64,000 bases of DNA from Hypanus sabinus. Lineage: Eukaryota. The notes beneath the pieces are model-generated. The model worked only from the letters and a program-made list of their open reading frames with translations, was not told where the DNA came from and did no database searches. A program made the position numbers and the translations under genes. Within the stretch, counting starts at the first letter, position 1. Each line of letters starts with the position of its first letter. Below are positions 24,190-37,904 of the stretch, one piece after another. Location: assembly GCF_030144855.1 (NCBI RefSeq), contig NC_082709.1, positions 155,558,001 through 155,622,000 of the forward strand. Direction: 5' to 3'.

Positions 24190-25320
24190 GAAAGGCCTCA
24201 GACTGAGATTCATTTACCCAAATTCATTTATGCATTCCATGTACATCAAAACATACAGTGAAATATATCATTTGTGTTAATGACCAATGCCACTTAAAGA
24301 TGTGCCGTAGCACCCAGGACATCTTCAAGGAGAGATGCCTCAAAAAGGAGGTATCCATCATTAAGGACCCCTATCAACCAGGATATGCCCTCTTCTCATT
24401 GCTACCATCAGGTAGGAGGTACAAAAGCCTGAAGGCACATGCTCAGCGATTCAGGAACAGCTTCTTCCCCTCTGCCATCGTATTTCTGAAAATATGTATT
24501 TACTGTAATTCATGTATTTTATTATGATGTTTTGCATTGTACTATTTCCACAAAAACAACAAATTTCACAACATCTGTTGGTGAAATTAAACCTGACTCT
24601 GATTCTGATTCTGGTGTGACTAATGTTCTGAACTATGTATATTTCAATACAAGAAGTACTGTGGGAAAGGCAGATAAGCTTGGGCCATGCATTAACACAT
24701 GGAATCATTATGTTGTAGTAGACATTAGTAAGACTCGGTTGCTGGAGTGGCAGGACTGACAGCTCAGTATTCCAGGGTTCCATTGTTGTAGACGTGACAG
24801 AGTGGGAGGGATTAAAGGAGGAGGGCTGTCATTACTAGTCAGGGAAAATGTCACGGCAGTGCCCACTCAGAACTCATCTAGTGGGGCTTCATGGGTGGAA
24901 CTAAGGAATAAGAAAAGTATGACCACGTTAACTCCTTGGAACATAGAAAATTGAGGGGAGATTTGTTGAAGGTAATCATAATTATGAGGGGTATAGATAG
25001 GGTAAATGCAAGCAGACTTTTTCCACTGAAGTTGGGTGGGACTACAACCAGAGATCATGGGTTAAGGGTGAAATATGAAACGTTTAAGGGGAGATGAGGG
25101 AAAACATCTTCACTCAGAGAGTGGTGAGAGTACGGAACGAGCTGCCAGCTGAAGTTCTGCATGTGAGGCCAATTTCAACGTTTAGAGAAGTTTGGATAGG
25201 TGTATGGATGGAGAGCTATGGTCTCGGTGCGGGACGATGGGACCAGGCAGTTTAAATGGTTTGTCTGGACTAGATGGGCTGAAGTAGTGCTTTGTAGTAC
25301 TGTGCAGTACAGTACGTTTC
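24190..25320 (+). mobile_element. Rex1-like 3' fragment with (GATTCT)n tail (to about 24615) followed by degraded CR1 fragments
   Basis: IIKDPYQPGYALFSLLPSGRRYKSLKAH in ORF 24258-24527, then the CR1 endonuclease start (YFNTRSTVGKADKL) and 3' pieces. Confidence 0.7.
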
Positions 25321-25339
25321 TACAACTCTGTGACTTCTC

Positions 25340-26460
25340 TCCACTTTCTCAATCTCTCTGTCTCTGTATTGGGAGACAAATTATGCACCAACACCTTCTA
25401 CAAACTCACTAACACCCACAGGTACCCCAACTACATTTCTTCCCATCCTGAGATGCTGTTCCCTTCTTTCATATCCTCCACCTCTGTCACACCTGTTCTC
25501 ATGGTAAGGTTTTCCATTCCAGGATCTCAAAATGTTGTCATTTTTCAGATAACAGGACTCCCCCCTTTACAGTTGTTGATGGACCCCCCTCCACCCATAT
25601 CTCTTCTATTTCCCACATGTCTGCCCTCACCCCATCAGCCCCTCCCCTCCAATATATCAGGGATAGGGCTCCCCCTCGTCCTCACTTATTACCCTTTGAG
25701 CCTCTGCATTAAACATATTATTCTTCTCAACTTCCACTATCTCCAACAGGACCCTAGCACCAAGCACATCTTACCTCTTGCCCTCACCACAGAATCACTC
25801 TCTCTTGTCCTCTCGTGTTTCCCCACCAATACCCTCCTGGCATCTATCCCTGCAACCACGCTACATGTTACACTTATCGTTACACCTTTTCGTCCACCAC
25901 CATTTAAGCCCTAAACAGTCCTTCCAGGTCAGGAGGCCAGGTCAAATGTAAATCCATCAATTTTATTGCATTTGGTGTTCTGGAGTGGCTTCCTCTATAT
26001 CAATGACATCCAACACAGAAATCTTGTCAGCACCTACCTTCCATCTGCTGTCACAGCCAGGATCTCCCACTGGCCAGCTATTTTAATTCCACTTCCTATT
26101 CCCACACTAACATGTCTGCCCACAGCCTCCTCTACTGCCAGGTTAAGGCTAAACTCAGATTAGAGGAATCATGCCTTAACCTGGACAGCACGTACATTGA
26201 TTTCTCCAACTTCCAGTAAACATTCCTCTCTGCCAGACCAGCTTCATGATCCCTTTTCTTTCCCTCCCCACATCCTTTCAATCTCCTCGTCACCCAGTCA
26301 TTGGTCCCTCTGGTTCCTCTCCTTATCTTCTTCCCTATTCCATGATCTACCATCCTCTCCTATTACATTCCATCTTCTTGAGCCCTTTGAGTCTTCCATC
26401 ATCTCCTCCCAGCTTCTTACATCATTCCACTCTCCAGATCATCTAGCTCCCTCCTGGATT
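25340..26460 (+). mobile_element. Degraded Penelope-like element (RT end plus GIY-YIG)
   Basis: FYKLTNTHRYPNYISSHP and LPLVLTYYP in ORF 25330-25914 resemble Penelope RT C-terminal motifs; downstream sequence is homologous to 10175-11113. Confidence 0.7.
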
Positions 26461-28914
26461 CAGGGTGAGAAGTACAAATCTGGTAGACTTCGGGAGGGAG
26501 AAGGCTCGAACAAAAGGAATCTGCCCTGTGACAGATAAATGATAGGCTCTGTCTATAGATTAGAATATAAATTCTAAATCTCAGAAATAAAAACTAACAA
26601 CTATTTGAACAATGAAACATGGTAAATAGCTAACCTAACCAACATAACCTAACTAAATAATTATCACTAAACTGATTAACTAAGTAAATATATAAATGGT
26701 GGGATTACCAGAGGTATATGACTGCTACAATATATTTGTGAACAATTTTGTTCAAAGCAGATACATTTGTGGTAAATGACATAAGATTGAAAATCGATGT
26801 CTCGGTGGTGAAGAGCTAGAACCCAACCTGCAGGCACTGTGAAATACAAAGGGGCAGGGAAACTTGCTGATGATACTCAACTGCATGGGATTGTGAATCG
26901 TGAGGAAAAAGCAAAGTTAAACTTCAAGGAGTCTAGATAAGTTGAGTGAGTAGGCCAAAATATGACAGGTGGGTATGTGTTGGTGTGTGCTATTTGAATG
27001 GTGTTAGGTTGGGAAATGTTGGTATAACATTAGTATAACACTGTATACTTCTCATCTCAGCAACTTAAAAACATTTTTTTTTATTTTTCCAAAACATAAA
27101 CTCTGTGATTCTCCTTGATCTTCTAGCTTTTCCTGCCTTTGTTTCCTGCCAAACCCCTAACTTCCAGCGGACTGGCCATCTCCCACTTCCCTGATCATTG
27201 CCCCAGTCTGAATCCAGGAGACTCCTTCAGGAAGCTGGCTAGATCAATTTTAGTAAGATTCAGACTTCAAAGTGGCACAGACACCTTTGCTATAAGCATA
27301 GCCAATGTCTTTCCCTCACACTTGTTCGAAGTACTTATTGAATTCCCTTTTAAAAAGTTACTCATCTAACAATAACAGAAAATCAGGGGCCACGGATCCC
27401 TCATCTAGGAACGTGCTTAACAACAAAAAAATTTATTTTTTTAAACAGATAAGATGGAAAGAATGCACATATTTCATTCTTATTAATAGAGCACTATTAA
27501 TAATTGTTCTAATAACCACTTTTAGTGGGGATATAACTATTTATTCATGTCACAATTTTTCACTAGTTATACTTTCAATACCATCAATAGTGTAATTGTG
27601 AAAAATGCGTTCTGATCCTAATTTAACATTCAGGTTTTGATAACGTCAACCAAATAACACAAAACATTAATAAACTGGAATGTCACCTGCTCTGATCAGT
27701 TGAAAAATTCCAAATATACAAAAGCTGGCTATTTGGTGTAACATCTCTGCATCTCTTTCAATTCACAGTAATTTTCTTCTGAGTACATAATTTCACATGA
27801 AGTTGCAAGCGATGCAAATCTTAATCGTGTCTCTCATCGGAAGTATTTATTCAATTTCAGAATTTAAGTCCTGTAATAAAAATGTGATATTAGATGAAAT
27901 TACGTTTAAAGTAACATTTTCATATGAAGTAATGCAAGTTAGCACATTGCCTCTTTGCTTTCCGGTAAACCATTTTCACCAAAACAAGTAAATGTTAGTG
28001 GGCCACTGTAAGGTGTGTCTGACATGCCTGTGAAGGTAATCATTTCAAAGTCCAAAGGTTGCCCAGGGCATACATTTGATATTTGATCTCTTCACACCAA
28101 TGGGATTACACATTAACTAAATCTCTCCAAAACTTAATTTTCAAAGTTTTAGAAATACAAGGATATTCTGAACAAAGGCAGTTGATTAGTAATGCCTCCG
28201 ATTAGTTGCAAAACCATCAAAGTCAGGAATTAAGGGGGGATTCCATAATGATAAAAAGTTATTACAAATATTAGTAATTTCCAGAATTATTAGAGTCATA
28301 AACTCATGGAGTCATACAACATACAACTTCAGCCCAACATGTGTATATTGACCAGGCTTATCCCATTTGACCCACTTATCCAGATGCTTTACCGTATCTG
28401 CTCCAACAACCTTCTCTATATAAGCACCACCCTCTGCACGAAAAGTTACTCCTCAGATCACTTCTAAATATTTCACTTTTCACCTAAAACCTACAGCATA
28501 TTCTCTAGGAAAAAGGTTATGTGGGTTATGTATCGATACCCCTCATGATTTTATTTCAACCCTATTTCTCCTCCGTTCTAAGGAACAAGGTCATACTCTG
28601 CCCAGTCTCCTGCTATCATAGAGGCCCTCAAGGCCCGACAGCATCCTAGTAAATCCTCTCTGCTATTGCTCTAATTTAATGAACTATTTCCTGTAACAGC
28701 GTGATCAAGACTGTACACAGTATACTTTAAGTGCGGTCTCACCAAAGTTTGTAAAACAATGAAAGGTAGTGAATGTCTGAAACTTGATTTTTATTTTATC
28801 ATTAGGAATGTGTGTTATCATAAAGGGATGCCAATTCCTTGTTTAGTCCCCGAGTAATGAAAGGTTTCCTGCAAAGAACCATGAAACCGAGAATGATATT
28901 TCAAAATCATTTAA

Positions 28915-29530
28915 CAAATAAGACCGTAAGATATAGGAGCAGAATTAGGCCACTTGGTCCATTGAGTCTGCTCTGCTATTTCATCACGGCTGATCCATTT
29001 TCCAACTCAGCCCCAATATCCTGCCTTGTCTCCATATCCCTTCAAAGCCTGACCAATCAAGAATCTATCAACCTCTGCCTTAAATATACATAAAGTCTTG
29101 ACCTCCACAGCTGCCTGTGGCAATGAATTCCACAGATTCACCTCTCTCTGGCTAAAGTAATTCCTCTTCATCTTTGTTCTAAAAGGCCACCTCCCTAATC
29201 TGAGAATGTGTCCTCTCATCTTAGACTCTCCCACCATAGGAAACATCCTCTCCACATCTACTGTACTGAGGCCCTTCTCCATTTGATAGGTTTCAATGAG
29301 GACACCCCTCATTCTTCTGAATTCTAGTGAATACAAGCCCAGAGCCATCAGATTCTCTTCATATGACAAGCTGTTCAAGCCTAGGATTATTTCCATGAAC
29401 CTCCTTTGACCCCTCTCCAGTTTCAGTACATCCTTTCTAAGATAAGGGGCCCAAAACTGCTCACTATATTCCAGGTGAGGACACACCAGTGCTTTATAAA
29501 GTTTTAACATTACATCCTTGTTTTTATATT
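28915..29530 (-). mobile_element. CR1 LINE 3' fragment
   Basis: ORF 29007-29510 LYKALVCPHLEYSEQFWAPYLRKD... Confidence 0.9.
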
Positions 29531-29569
29531 CTTTCAGATTACCAGTTCACAAGTGCAGCAACATACTGT

Positions 29570-30100
29570 ACCCTCAGTGGCCACTTTATTAAGTACCTCC
29601 TGTACCTAATACAATGGTCACCGAGGGTATGTTCTGCGGTCCATCCACTTCAAGCTTTGACATTTTACATGTTCAGAGATGCTCTTTTGCACACCACTGT
29701 TGTAGCACATGGTTATTTGTGTTAATCTCACCTTCCTGTCAGCTTGGACCAGTCTGACCATTCTCTTCTGAACTGTCTTGTTAACAAAGTATTTTTGCCC
29801 ACAGAACTGCCACAGGGGATGTATTTTTTTCACTATCTCCTGTAAACTCTGGAGACTGTTGTGCATGAAAATCACAGAGGATCAGTAGTTCGTGAGATGC
29901 ACAAGCCACCCCATCTGGCACCAACAATTATTCCATGGTCAATAGATAGATCGTCACCTAGGTCACATTTCTTCCCCATTCAGATGTTGGGTCTGAACAA
30001 CAACTGAATCTCTTGACCATGCCTGAATTGCTCCCACATGACTGGCTGATTAGATATTTGCATTAACATACAGGTATATCTGATAAAGTGGCAACTCTGG
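29570..30100 (-). mobile_element. Tc1/mariner-derived internally deleted element
   Basis: Terminal inverted motif cagtggccactttatt ... ataaagtggcaact, and the transposase HTH remnant RMVRLVQADRK...TQIT.CYNSGVQKSISE. Confidence 0.75.
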
Positions 30101-30560
30101 TAGTCTCGAATTGTGCTGGAGAAAGACACTATGGATGTTTGGTGCAATGGCATGAAGATGGAGCCGGTGACTAGCAGTTGCCACAGTTACCAAGCAGTGC
30201 GCTGAGTTTAGGATGAGTAATTTGACAATTATTAACTGCCCACTGGACCTTTACAGGATCTGGGACTTGGAGCGAGGTGGGATGTGAAATGTGAAGAGGC
30301 CTTCAGTTGCTGAAGGTGCTGGGCCGCCTGAAAGCTGAAGGGTTAAAATTTTCCCTGGACAAGATTTTCCCTGGTCTGTCAGTTATGTTGGGCACATAGT
30401 CTCACAATGGAGTTAAGATAGAGGCAGATCAAGGCCCCAGAATGTGAGTGTTTTGTGCTCGTTCCTTGGGTTCTGTGGGGACTTCGGAGGTTCTTGAATC
30501 ACTCTTTAAATCAGCTTCTGTGTGGTTACCCTCCCTTGGGGAAGAAAGGGAGGAGGACAA
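30100..30560 (+). pseudogene. Old Gypsy reverse transcriptase relic
   Basis: About 30318-30420 reads VLGRLKAEGLKFSLDK...VSYVGHIVS with frameshifts. Confidence 0.55.
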
Positions 30561-30613
30561 AAGGAGAGGAGGGTAAAGGGTATCTTAGTTCTTCAGTAGT
30601 TTCCTTTGCATTG

Positions 30614-30856
30614 TGATGCACCATCAATTACTCTCTGAGACGTGAGGCGAGATATCGGCTTTTATTGACTGGAAGAAAGAACAAGCAGCAATTGACCACC
30701 ACACTACATCCTGGAGACTGAGACCGGGGCTCAGGCCTCAATCGCCTTTCTACCGGGGTCTGTGGGAGGAGCCACGGTCAGTGGGAGGAGCCACAGGAGC
30801 AGTCAGCGGGGGGGCGGGGGGGGGGGTGTCCAGACAGGTATATGTAGTTCATCACA
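30614..30856 (-). mobile_element. Solo LTR, same family as the Gypsy element at 14610
   Basis: Reverse complement reads TGTGATGAACTAC...GGTGCATCA; 5-bp TSD CATTG at 30609-30613 and 30857-30861. Confidence 0.92.
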
Positions 30857-30997
30857 CATTGATTACTTAAGAACAAATAAATCAATGCCATGGAAATGAT
30901 TTGGAGTCATAAACCAATGTCAAGAAAGCTGTTCCTGTTACATTGGGAAAGGAAATTTTAGAGCATAGGTCGTGCTTGACAAAGCGCTAGACTCCAG

Positions 30998-31986
30998 TGT
31001 TACGTACCCCGTAACTGGGTGTCTTACCAGCAAAGATAGAAGTATCCGTTGGAGTCTGGTACTATTTTCAAAACAGTGTTTATTAGTAAAATATATAAAT
31101 CAATATCCACAATGCAAATATACAGATAATACATGTTAGCAATACTAAACCTAAAAGTGTGGGTATAATAATAATAATAATAATAATAAAAAACAAGCTC
31201 TATCGTTGTCTAGGGGATAATGAATTGTCATATGTGAGTATAAAGTTCAGTTCATGTAGGCTGAGGTAGTTGTTGGTTCTTTTGTTGTAACCGTTGGGGG
31301 GGAGAGAGAGATGGCGAGCAAACAGTGACAGCTACAGTCATTCAAACCTTCCTTTACTTTCTTGATCCGTCGATGTGTTGTTGTGGCCATTCAGTTATGA
31401 CCCCTCTGTCCTTCAGCTAGACCGTTCTTCTATGGTGGACTCGTCACCCAGGCAAGGGTGGACACACACACAAGCCCCCACCGGTCTCGCTATAAACACT
31501 GTGAGTTAAAATTGACCGATCCTTCCTTCGGTCTCCGATGCCCCACACCTTCTTGTAGGTTCCAACACTTAAGCAGTGCTCACTAGTGTGTCTCTTGGTG
31601 CGTCTCCTGGTGTGTCTGAGGGGTGTCTCCCCAGACCTCACTTTTATCCCTACTCACGGGGTCTCAGGTGTCAATCAGTTTTGAATGGCTTAGTCCATCA
31701 AACCAGCCCACTCCAGCTGTCCACTGAGGAATTTTAATGAACAGAATAGTACCAAGTAAACAGCCCTCTCCGGAGCCATAAGTCTTTCAGGAGTCATAAC
31801 ATGGTGGAACAACAAGTCTCTCTCCCCTCTCTTATCAGTAGCAGATGTTCTGGCATGTTTTTGTTCCATCTCTTTCTCTCTCATTAGCAGCCTGGCAACA
31901 GTAACGGTTTGTAATTCTCCTGGGGGAGGGGGACATGGGCAACCCTGCACCCTTCTGCCCATCAGAGCTGTTCATCCTTCGTAACA
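30998..31986 (-). mobile_element. Solo LTR, 989 bp, second family
   Basis: TGTTACG...CGTAACA inverted ends, 4-bp TSD CCAG on both sides, AATAAA on the minus strand near 31080, internal (AAT)n. Confidence 0.85.
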
Positions 31987-33449
31987 CCAGCAATGTTTTG
32001 AAAGATGCACAAGGATAAGAAGAAGGAATAGTTCAGTTAAAGTTTAGAACTGCAGTATGTTACAGCACATTTGGCTTAAAGGTGCAATGAATATTTTAAA
32101 GTCAGCCACTGAGTAAACGAGAAAAGAATCAAGTTGGAAAGACGAGGATAACATTTGAGTACGGTGTGTTTAGAGTATCTCCATGGGTCCCAGTGAAGTG
32201 AAACAGAGGGTGGGGATGAATGTTAATCTCAGAGTGAGCCAGATCCTAAACCATTGAACAATGAGATAATAGTGGAATTGTACTGTAAAAAGATTTCCTG
32301 AAGTGAGAATAGAAAGATTTTCACATCTAGTCGACACCACAAATCAAAATCCTACACTAGAAATTAAATCGTATCTCAACCTGCTCACAGAGCTAGAAGC
32401 ATTTAAAAATAATCTACTTACATTTTCCAGCCCCTTCTCAGCATTCTTTATCTTGTAGTTTCATTTACTTTTATCGTTTTAATTTCTTCTTGAAGCTTGA
32501 TACTTGCTTCCTTACTAGAGCAAAGTTTCACAATGCCAAAGTGGAGGTGGAGTTATCGTTAATCAGAACAGGAGAATGTACCTTGAACCCAACAGGTATG
32601 ACTAGTTGAGCAGGTAGCAAAAATTGGATAGAAACTGGCCAGTTCCAAGACTGTTTGAAAAGTAACTTTACATGATGCCTCTTGTAATTTACACCTGTTA
32701 AGAAATATGCTCACGCATGTAAAAACTGGGGATTAGCATGTCCATTAATACATCAGGAAACAAGTATAGATAAAAAAAAATCACAATTATTAGGTTTAAC
32801 TGCAAGTTGCCAGATTTTAAAAGAATGAAACTGGTCAAATGTGGAAAAGAAATTTTCTTAGCCACAGTTTTACTGGGAGACTGGTAGAAACTTTATTAAT
32901 GCACCTATGCAGTTGATAATATTTGTTTAAATTTATTTTTATTCATTTAGAGATACAACACATTAGGGCAGCGTAGCAGGAACGGAGATTTGGTGACAGA
33001 GAGAGAAACCCCTGAAGTCATGAGCCAAATGAACCACGTGGTCACTATGACTTTACGTAATCCTGGGGGTGGAACAGCTAACGTCCTCACTTAACTCGAG
33101 GCTGTTACAGTGGTATGAAGATAGAATTGTTTGGATTGAACGTCAAATAGATGAAGAGGTAAGTTAATAGATGAGCAGAACCAGTTATTTAGAAAGTTAA
33201 TTCATAGCATTCAGCAGAAAAGTGTCCCATTGAAATAGAAGAAAGAGAGCAAAGCTTAGCAAAGGAGGCCAAAGAAAGTATTTCATCAAAGGTTAAATTA
33301 TAATATGGCGAGATCTTGTGGCAGACCAGAGAACTAACAATTTTACAGGAACCAATGGTAAAAGACAATGAGATTAATAAGGAGTGAGAAAACTGAATAT
33401 GAGAAAAAGCTGGCAAGTCATTAAAACACTGCAAGTATTTTTGTTAACA

Positions 33450-34250
33450 TAACAAAGCCTGCAGATGCTGGAAATCCAAAGCAACTCACACAAAATGCAG
33501 GAAAAACTCAGTAGATCAAGCAGCATCTATGGAAATGAATGAACAGTCAACTTCGTGGGCTGAGACCCACGATAGGCAGGTGAGATGAGGTGAGAGGCCA
33601 GAGTGGGGAATAGAAGAAGAGGGGAGGGGAAAGGAAATGTTTTTAACTGGAAGGCAAAAATCAATATTCATGCCATCAGGCTGGAGGTATTAGGCTGAAT
33701 ATAAGGTGTTGCTCCTCCACCCTGAGGGTGGCCTCATCCTGGCATAAGAGGAGGTCATGGACTGTTACATCAAAATGGGAATGGGAATTGGAATTAAAAT
33801 GTTTGTCCACCAGGATGTTCTGGTTATTGCAGATGAAACGGAGATGTTTGATGAAGCGTTACCCCAATTTATGATGAGTTTCACCAATATGAAGGAGCAC
33901 CTGGAAGGCCCATTCCCAGCAGATTCCCAGGCGGAGTGTTGTCTCACCGGGAAGGACAGCTTGCAGTCCTGAATGGAGGTGAATGGGCAGGTGTAGCGCT
34001 TAGGCCACTTGCAGGGTTAAGTGCCGGGGGTATTAGTGGGGAGGGTCAAATGGACAAAGGAATCACAGAGGGAGCGATCCCTGCAGAAAGTGGGGAGGGG
34101 GAGAGGTAAAGTTATTTTTAGTGGTAGGATTCCTTCGGAGATGCCCGAATTTGCGGAGGATGATTTGTTGGATGCAGAGGCTCATCCAACAAGTACGGAC
34201 AAGAAGAACTCCATCACTGTTAAGATGACAGGAAGACGGAGTGAGGTCTC
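33450..34250 (-). mobile_element. Degraded Penelope-like element
   Basis: Reverse-complement similarity to the GIY-YIG region and terminal repeat of 10175-11113. Confidence 0.7.
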
Positions 34251-34892
34251 TTATCGATATATTGAAAGGAAAATGTACTTAACTATGGTAAGTATGGGAC
34301 ATTTTGTTGGTGAAACTGGGGAATTTAAGTGAAACGGGTACATATAGTAAATAAATACTTTGCATAATTGATCATGGTGAAGGATATCACAAATATCCCA
34401 AAGATTCCTGATCAGCCAGTTTTAAACACTGTGGAAGTCCATGTAAATATCACCATTACATTTGGGGGTTTTGTAACTGCAAAACATTAAACTAATTGCA
34501 AGGAAGACACAGGAGTCCAAAAAGTTAGTCTACTTTCGGGTTCACTTTAAGCGAGGTGTGATGATGATGCATGTAATTCACATATTTTACATTAACCCAT
34601 AATGAATTATTTAAATGAACAAGAATGTTTAATCAAACAATACATATACAAGATTATTTAATTATTACTGAAATATTACATACTCAACAATAAACATAAG
34701 ACCATAGACATACGAGCAGAATTAGGCCATTTGCTCCATCGACTCTGTTCCACCATTCAAATATGGCTGATTTATTTTTCCTCACAAACCCATTCCCTTC
34801 CTTCTCCCTATAACCTTTGCGGTTCTTATTAATCAAGAATTTATTCCCCTGTTTTTTAAAATATGCTCAATGACTTGGACTTGAGCACAGGA

Positions 34893-37800
34893 ACACAGAA
34901 TACAGAGCCGGGACCCCTCGTTGGGAACAGGACATAGGGCTAGGACTCATACACAGAACACAGAGCTGGGACCCATCCTTGGGGACAGGACATAGGGCCA
35001 GGACTCATACACAGAACACAGAGCCGGGACCCCTCCTTGGGGACAGGACATAGGGCCAGGACTCATACACAGAATACAGAGCCGGGACCCCTCCTTGGAG
35101 ACAGGACATAGGGCCGGGAATCATACACAGAACACAGAGCCGGGACCCCTCCTTGGGGACCGGACATAGGGCTAGGACTCATACACAGAACACAGAGCCG
35201 GGACCCCTCCTTGGGAACAGGACATAGGGCCGGGACTCATACACAGAACACAGAGCCGGGACCCCTCCTTGGGGACTGGACATAGGGCTAGGACTCATAC
35301 ACAGAACACAGAGCCGGGACCCCTCCTTGGGAACAGGACATAGGGCCAGGACTCATACACAGAATACAGAGCCGGGACCCCTCCTTGGAGACAGGACATA
35401 GGGCCGGGGCTCATACACAGAATACAGAGCCGGGACCCCTCGTTGGAGACAGGACATAGGGCCGGGACTCATACACAGAACACAGAGCCGGGACCCCTCC
35501 TTGGGGACAGGACATAGGGCCGGGACTCATACACAGAATACAGAGCCGGGACCCCTCCTTGGGGACAGGACATAAGGCCAGGACTCATACACAGAACACA
35601 GAGCCGGGACCCCTCCTTGGGGACAGGACATAGGGTCGGGACTCATACACAGAACACAGAGCCGGGATCCATCCTTGGGGACAGGACATAGGGTCGGGAC
35701 TCATACACAGAACACAGAGCCGGGACCCCTCCTTGGGGCAGGACATAGGGCCAGGACATACCCAGAATACAGAGCCGGGACCCCTCCTTGGGGACAGGAC
35801 ATAGGGCCAGGACTCATACACAGAACACAGAGCCGGGACCCCTCCTTGGGGACAGGACATAGGGCCGGGACTCATACACAGAACACAGAGCTGGGACCCC
35901 TCCTTGGGGACAGGACATAGGCCAGGACTCATACACAGAATACAGAGCCGGGACCCCTCCTTGGGAACAGGACATAGGGCCAGGACTCATACACAGAATA
36001 CAGAGCCGGGACCCCCTCCTTGGGGACAGGACATAGGGCCAGGACTCATACCCAGAATACAGAGCCGGGACTCCTCCTTGGGGAAAGGACATAGGGCCAG
36101 GACTCATACACAGAATACAGAGCCGGGATCCCTCCTTGGGGACAGGACAGGGCCAGGACTCATACACAGAACACAGAGCCGGGACCCCTCCTTAGGAACA
36201 GGACATAGGGCCAGGACTCATACCCAGAACACAGAGCCGGGACCCCTCCTTGGGGACAGGACATAGGGCCAGGACTCATACACAGAAAACAGAGCCGGGA
36301 CCCCTCCTTGGGGACAGGACATAGGGCCAGGACTCATACACAGAAAACAGAGCCGGGACCCCTCCTTGGGGACAGGACATAGGGCCAGGACTCATACACA
36401 GAACACAGAGCCGGGACCCCTCCTTGGGGACAGGACATAGGGCCAGGACTCAAACACAGAACACAGAGCCGGGACCCCTCCTTGGGGACAGGACATAGGG
36501 CCAGGACTCATACACAGAACACAGAGCCGGGACCCATCCTTGGGGACAGGACATAGGGCCAGGACTCATACACAGAACACAGAGCTGGGACCCATCCTTG
36601 GGGACAGGACATAGGGCCAGGACTCATACACAGAATACAGAGCCGGGACCCCTCCTTGGGGACAGGACATAGGGCCAGGACTCATACACAGAATACAGAG
36701 CCGGGACCCCTCCTTGGGGACAGGACATAGGATCGGGACTCATACACAGAACACAGAGCCGGGACCCCTCCTTAGGAACAGGACATAGGGCCAGGACTCA
36801 TACCCAGAATACAGAGCCGGGACCCCTCCTTGGGGACAGGACAGGGCCAGGACTCATACACAGAACACAGAGCCGGGACCCCTCCTTGGGGACAGGACAT
36901 AGGGCCAGGACTCATACACAGAATACAGAGCCGGGACCCCTCCTTGGGGACAGGACATAGGGCCAGGACTCATACACAGAATACAGAGCCGGGACCCCTC
37001 CTTGGGGACAGGACATAGGGCCAGGACTCATACACAGAACACAGAGCCAGGACCCCTCCTTGGGGACAAGATGTAGGGCCAGGACTCATACACAGAACAC
37101 AGAGCCGGGACCCCTCCTTGGGGACAGGACGTAGGTCCACGACTCATACACAGAATACAGAGCCGGGACCCATCCTTGGGGACAGGACATAGGGCCGGGA
37201 CTCATACCCAGAATACAGAGCCGGGACCCCTCCTTGGGGACAGGACATAGGGCCAGGACTCATACACAGAACACAGAGCCGGGACCCCTCCTTAGGAACA
37301 GGACATAGGGCCAGGACTCATACCCAGAATACAGAGCCGGGACCCCTCCTTGGGGACAGGACATAGGGCCAGGACTCATACACAGAATACAGAGCCGGGA
37401 CCCCTCCTTGGGGACAGGACATAGGGCCAGGACTCATACACAGAACACAGAGCCAGGACCCCTCCTTGGGGACAAGATGTAGGGCCAGGACTCATACACA
37501 GAACACAGAGCCGGGACCCCTCCTTGGGGACAGGACGTAGGTCCATGACTCATACACAGAATACAGAGCCGGGACCCCTCCTTGGGGACAGGACATAGGG
37601 CCGGGACTCATACCCAGAATACAGAGCCGGGACCCCTCCTTGGGGACAGGACATAGGGCCAGGACTCATACACAGAACACAGAGCCGGGACCCCTCCTTA
37701 GGAACAGGACATAGGGCCAGGACTCATACACAGAACACAGAGCCGGGACCCCTCCTTGGGGACAGGACATAGGGCCAGGACTCATACCCAGAATACAGAG

Positions 37801-37904
37801 CCGGGACCCCTCCTTGGGGACAGGACATAGGGCCAGGACTCATACACAGAATACAGAGCCGGGACCCCTCCTTGGGGACAGGACATAGGGCCAGGACTCA
37901 TACA
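34893..37904. repeat. 58-bp minisatellite, about 52 copies
   Basis: Consensus gggacccctccttggggacaggacatagggccaggactcatacacagaa(c/t)acagagcc; period measured between 35021 and 35079. Confidence 0.97.

Noticed and set aside
27797-27991. Plus-strand ORF starting with a signal-peptide-like MKLQAMQILIVSLIGSIYS
   Set aside because: Wrong strand for both genes, no donor after the hydrophobic stretch and no downstream plus-strand exons.
34893-37904. CRISPR-like array or coding ORFs in the 58-bp repeat
   Set aside because: Units are head-to-tail with no unique spacers, the context is eukaryotic and no cas genes are present. The ORFs are by-products of a repeat with few stop codons.
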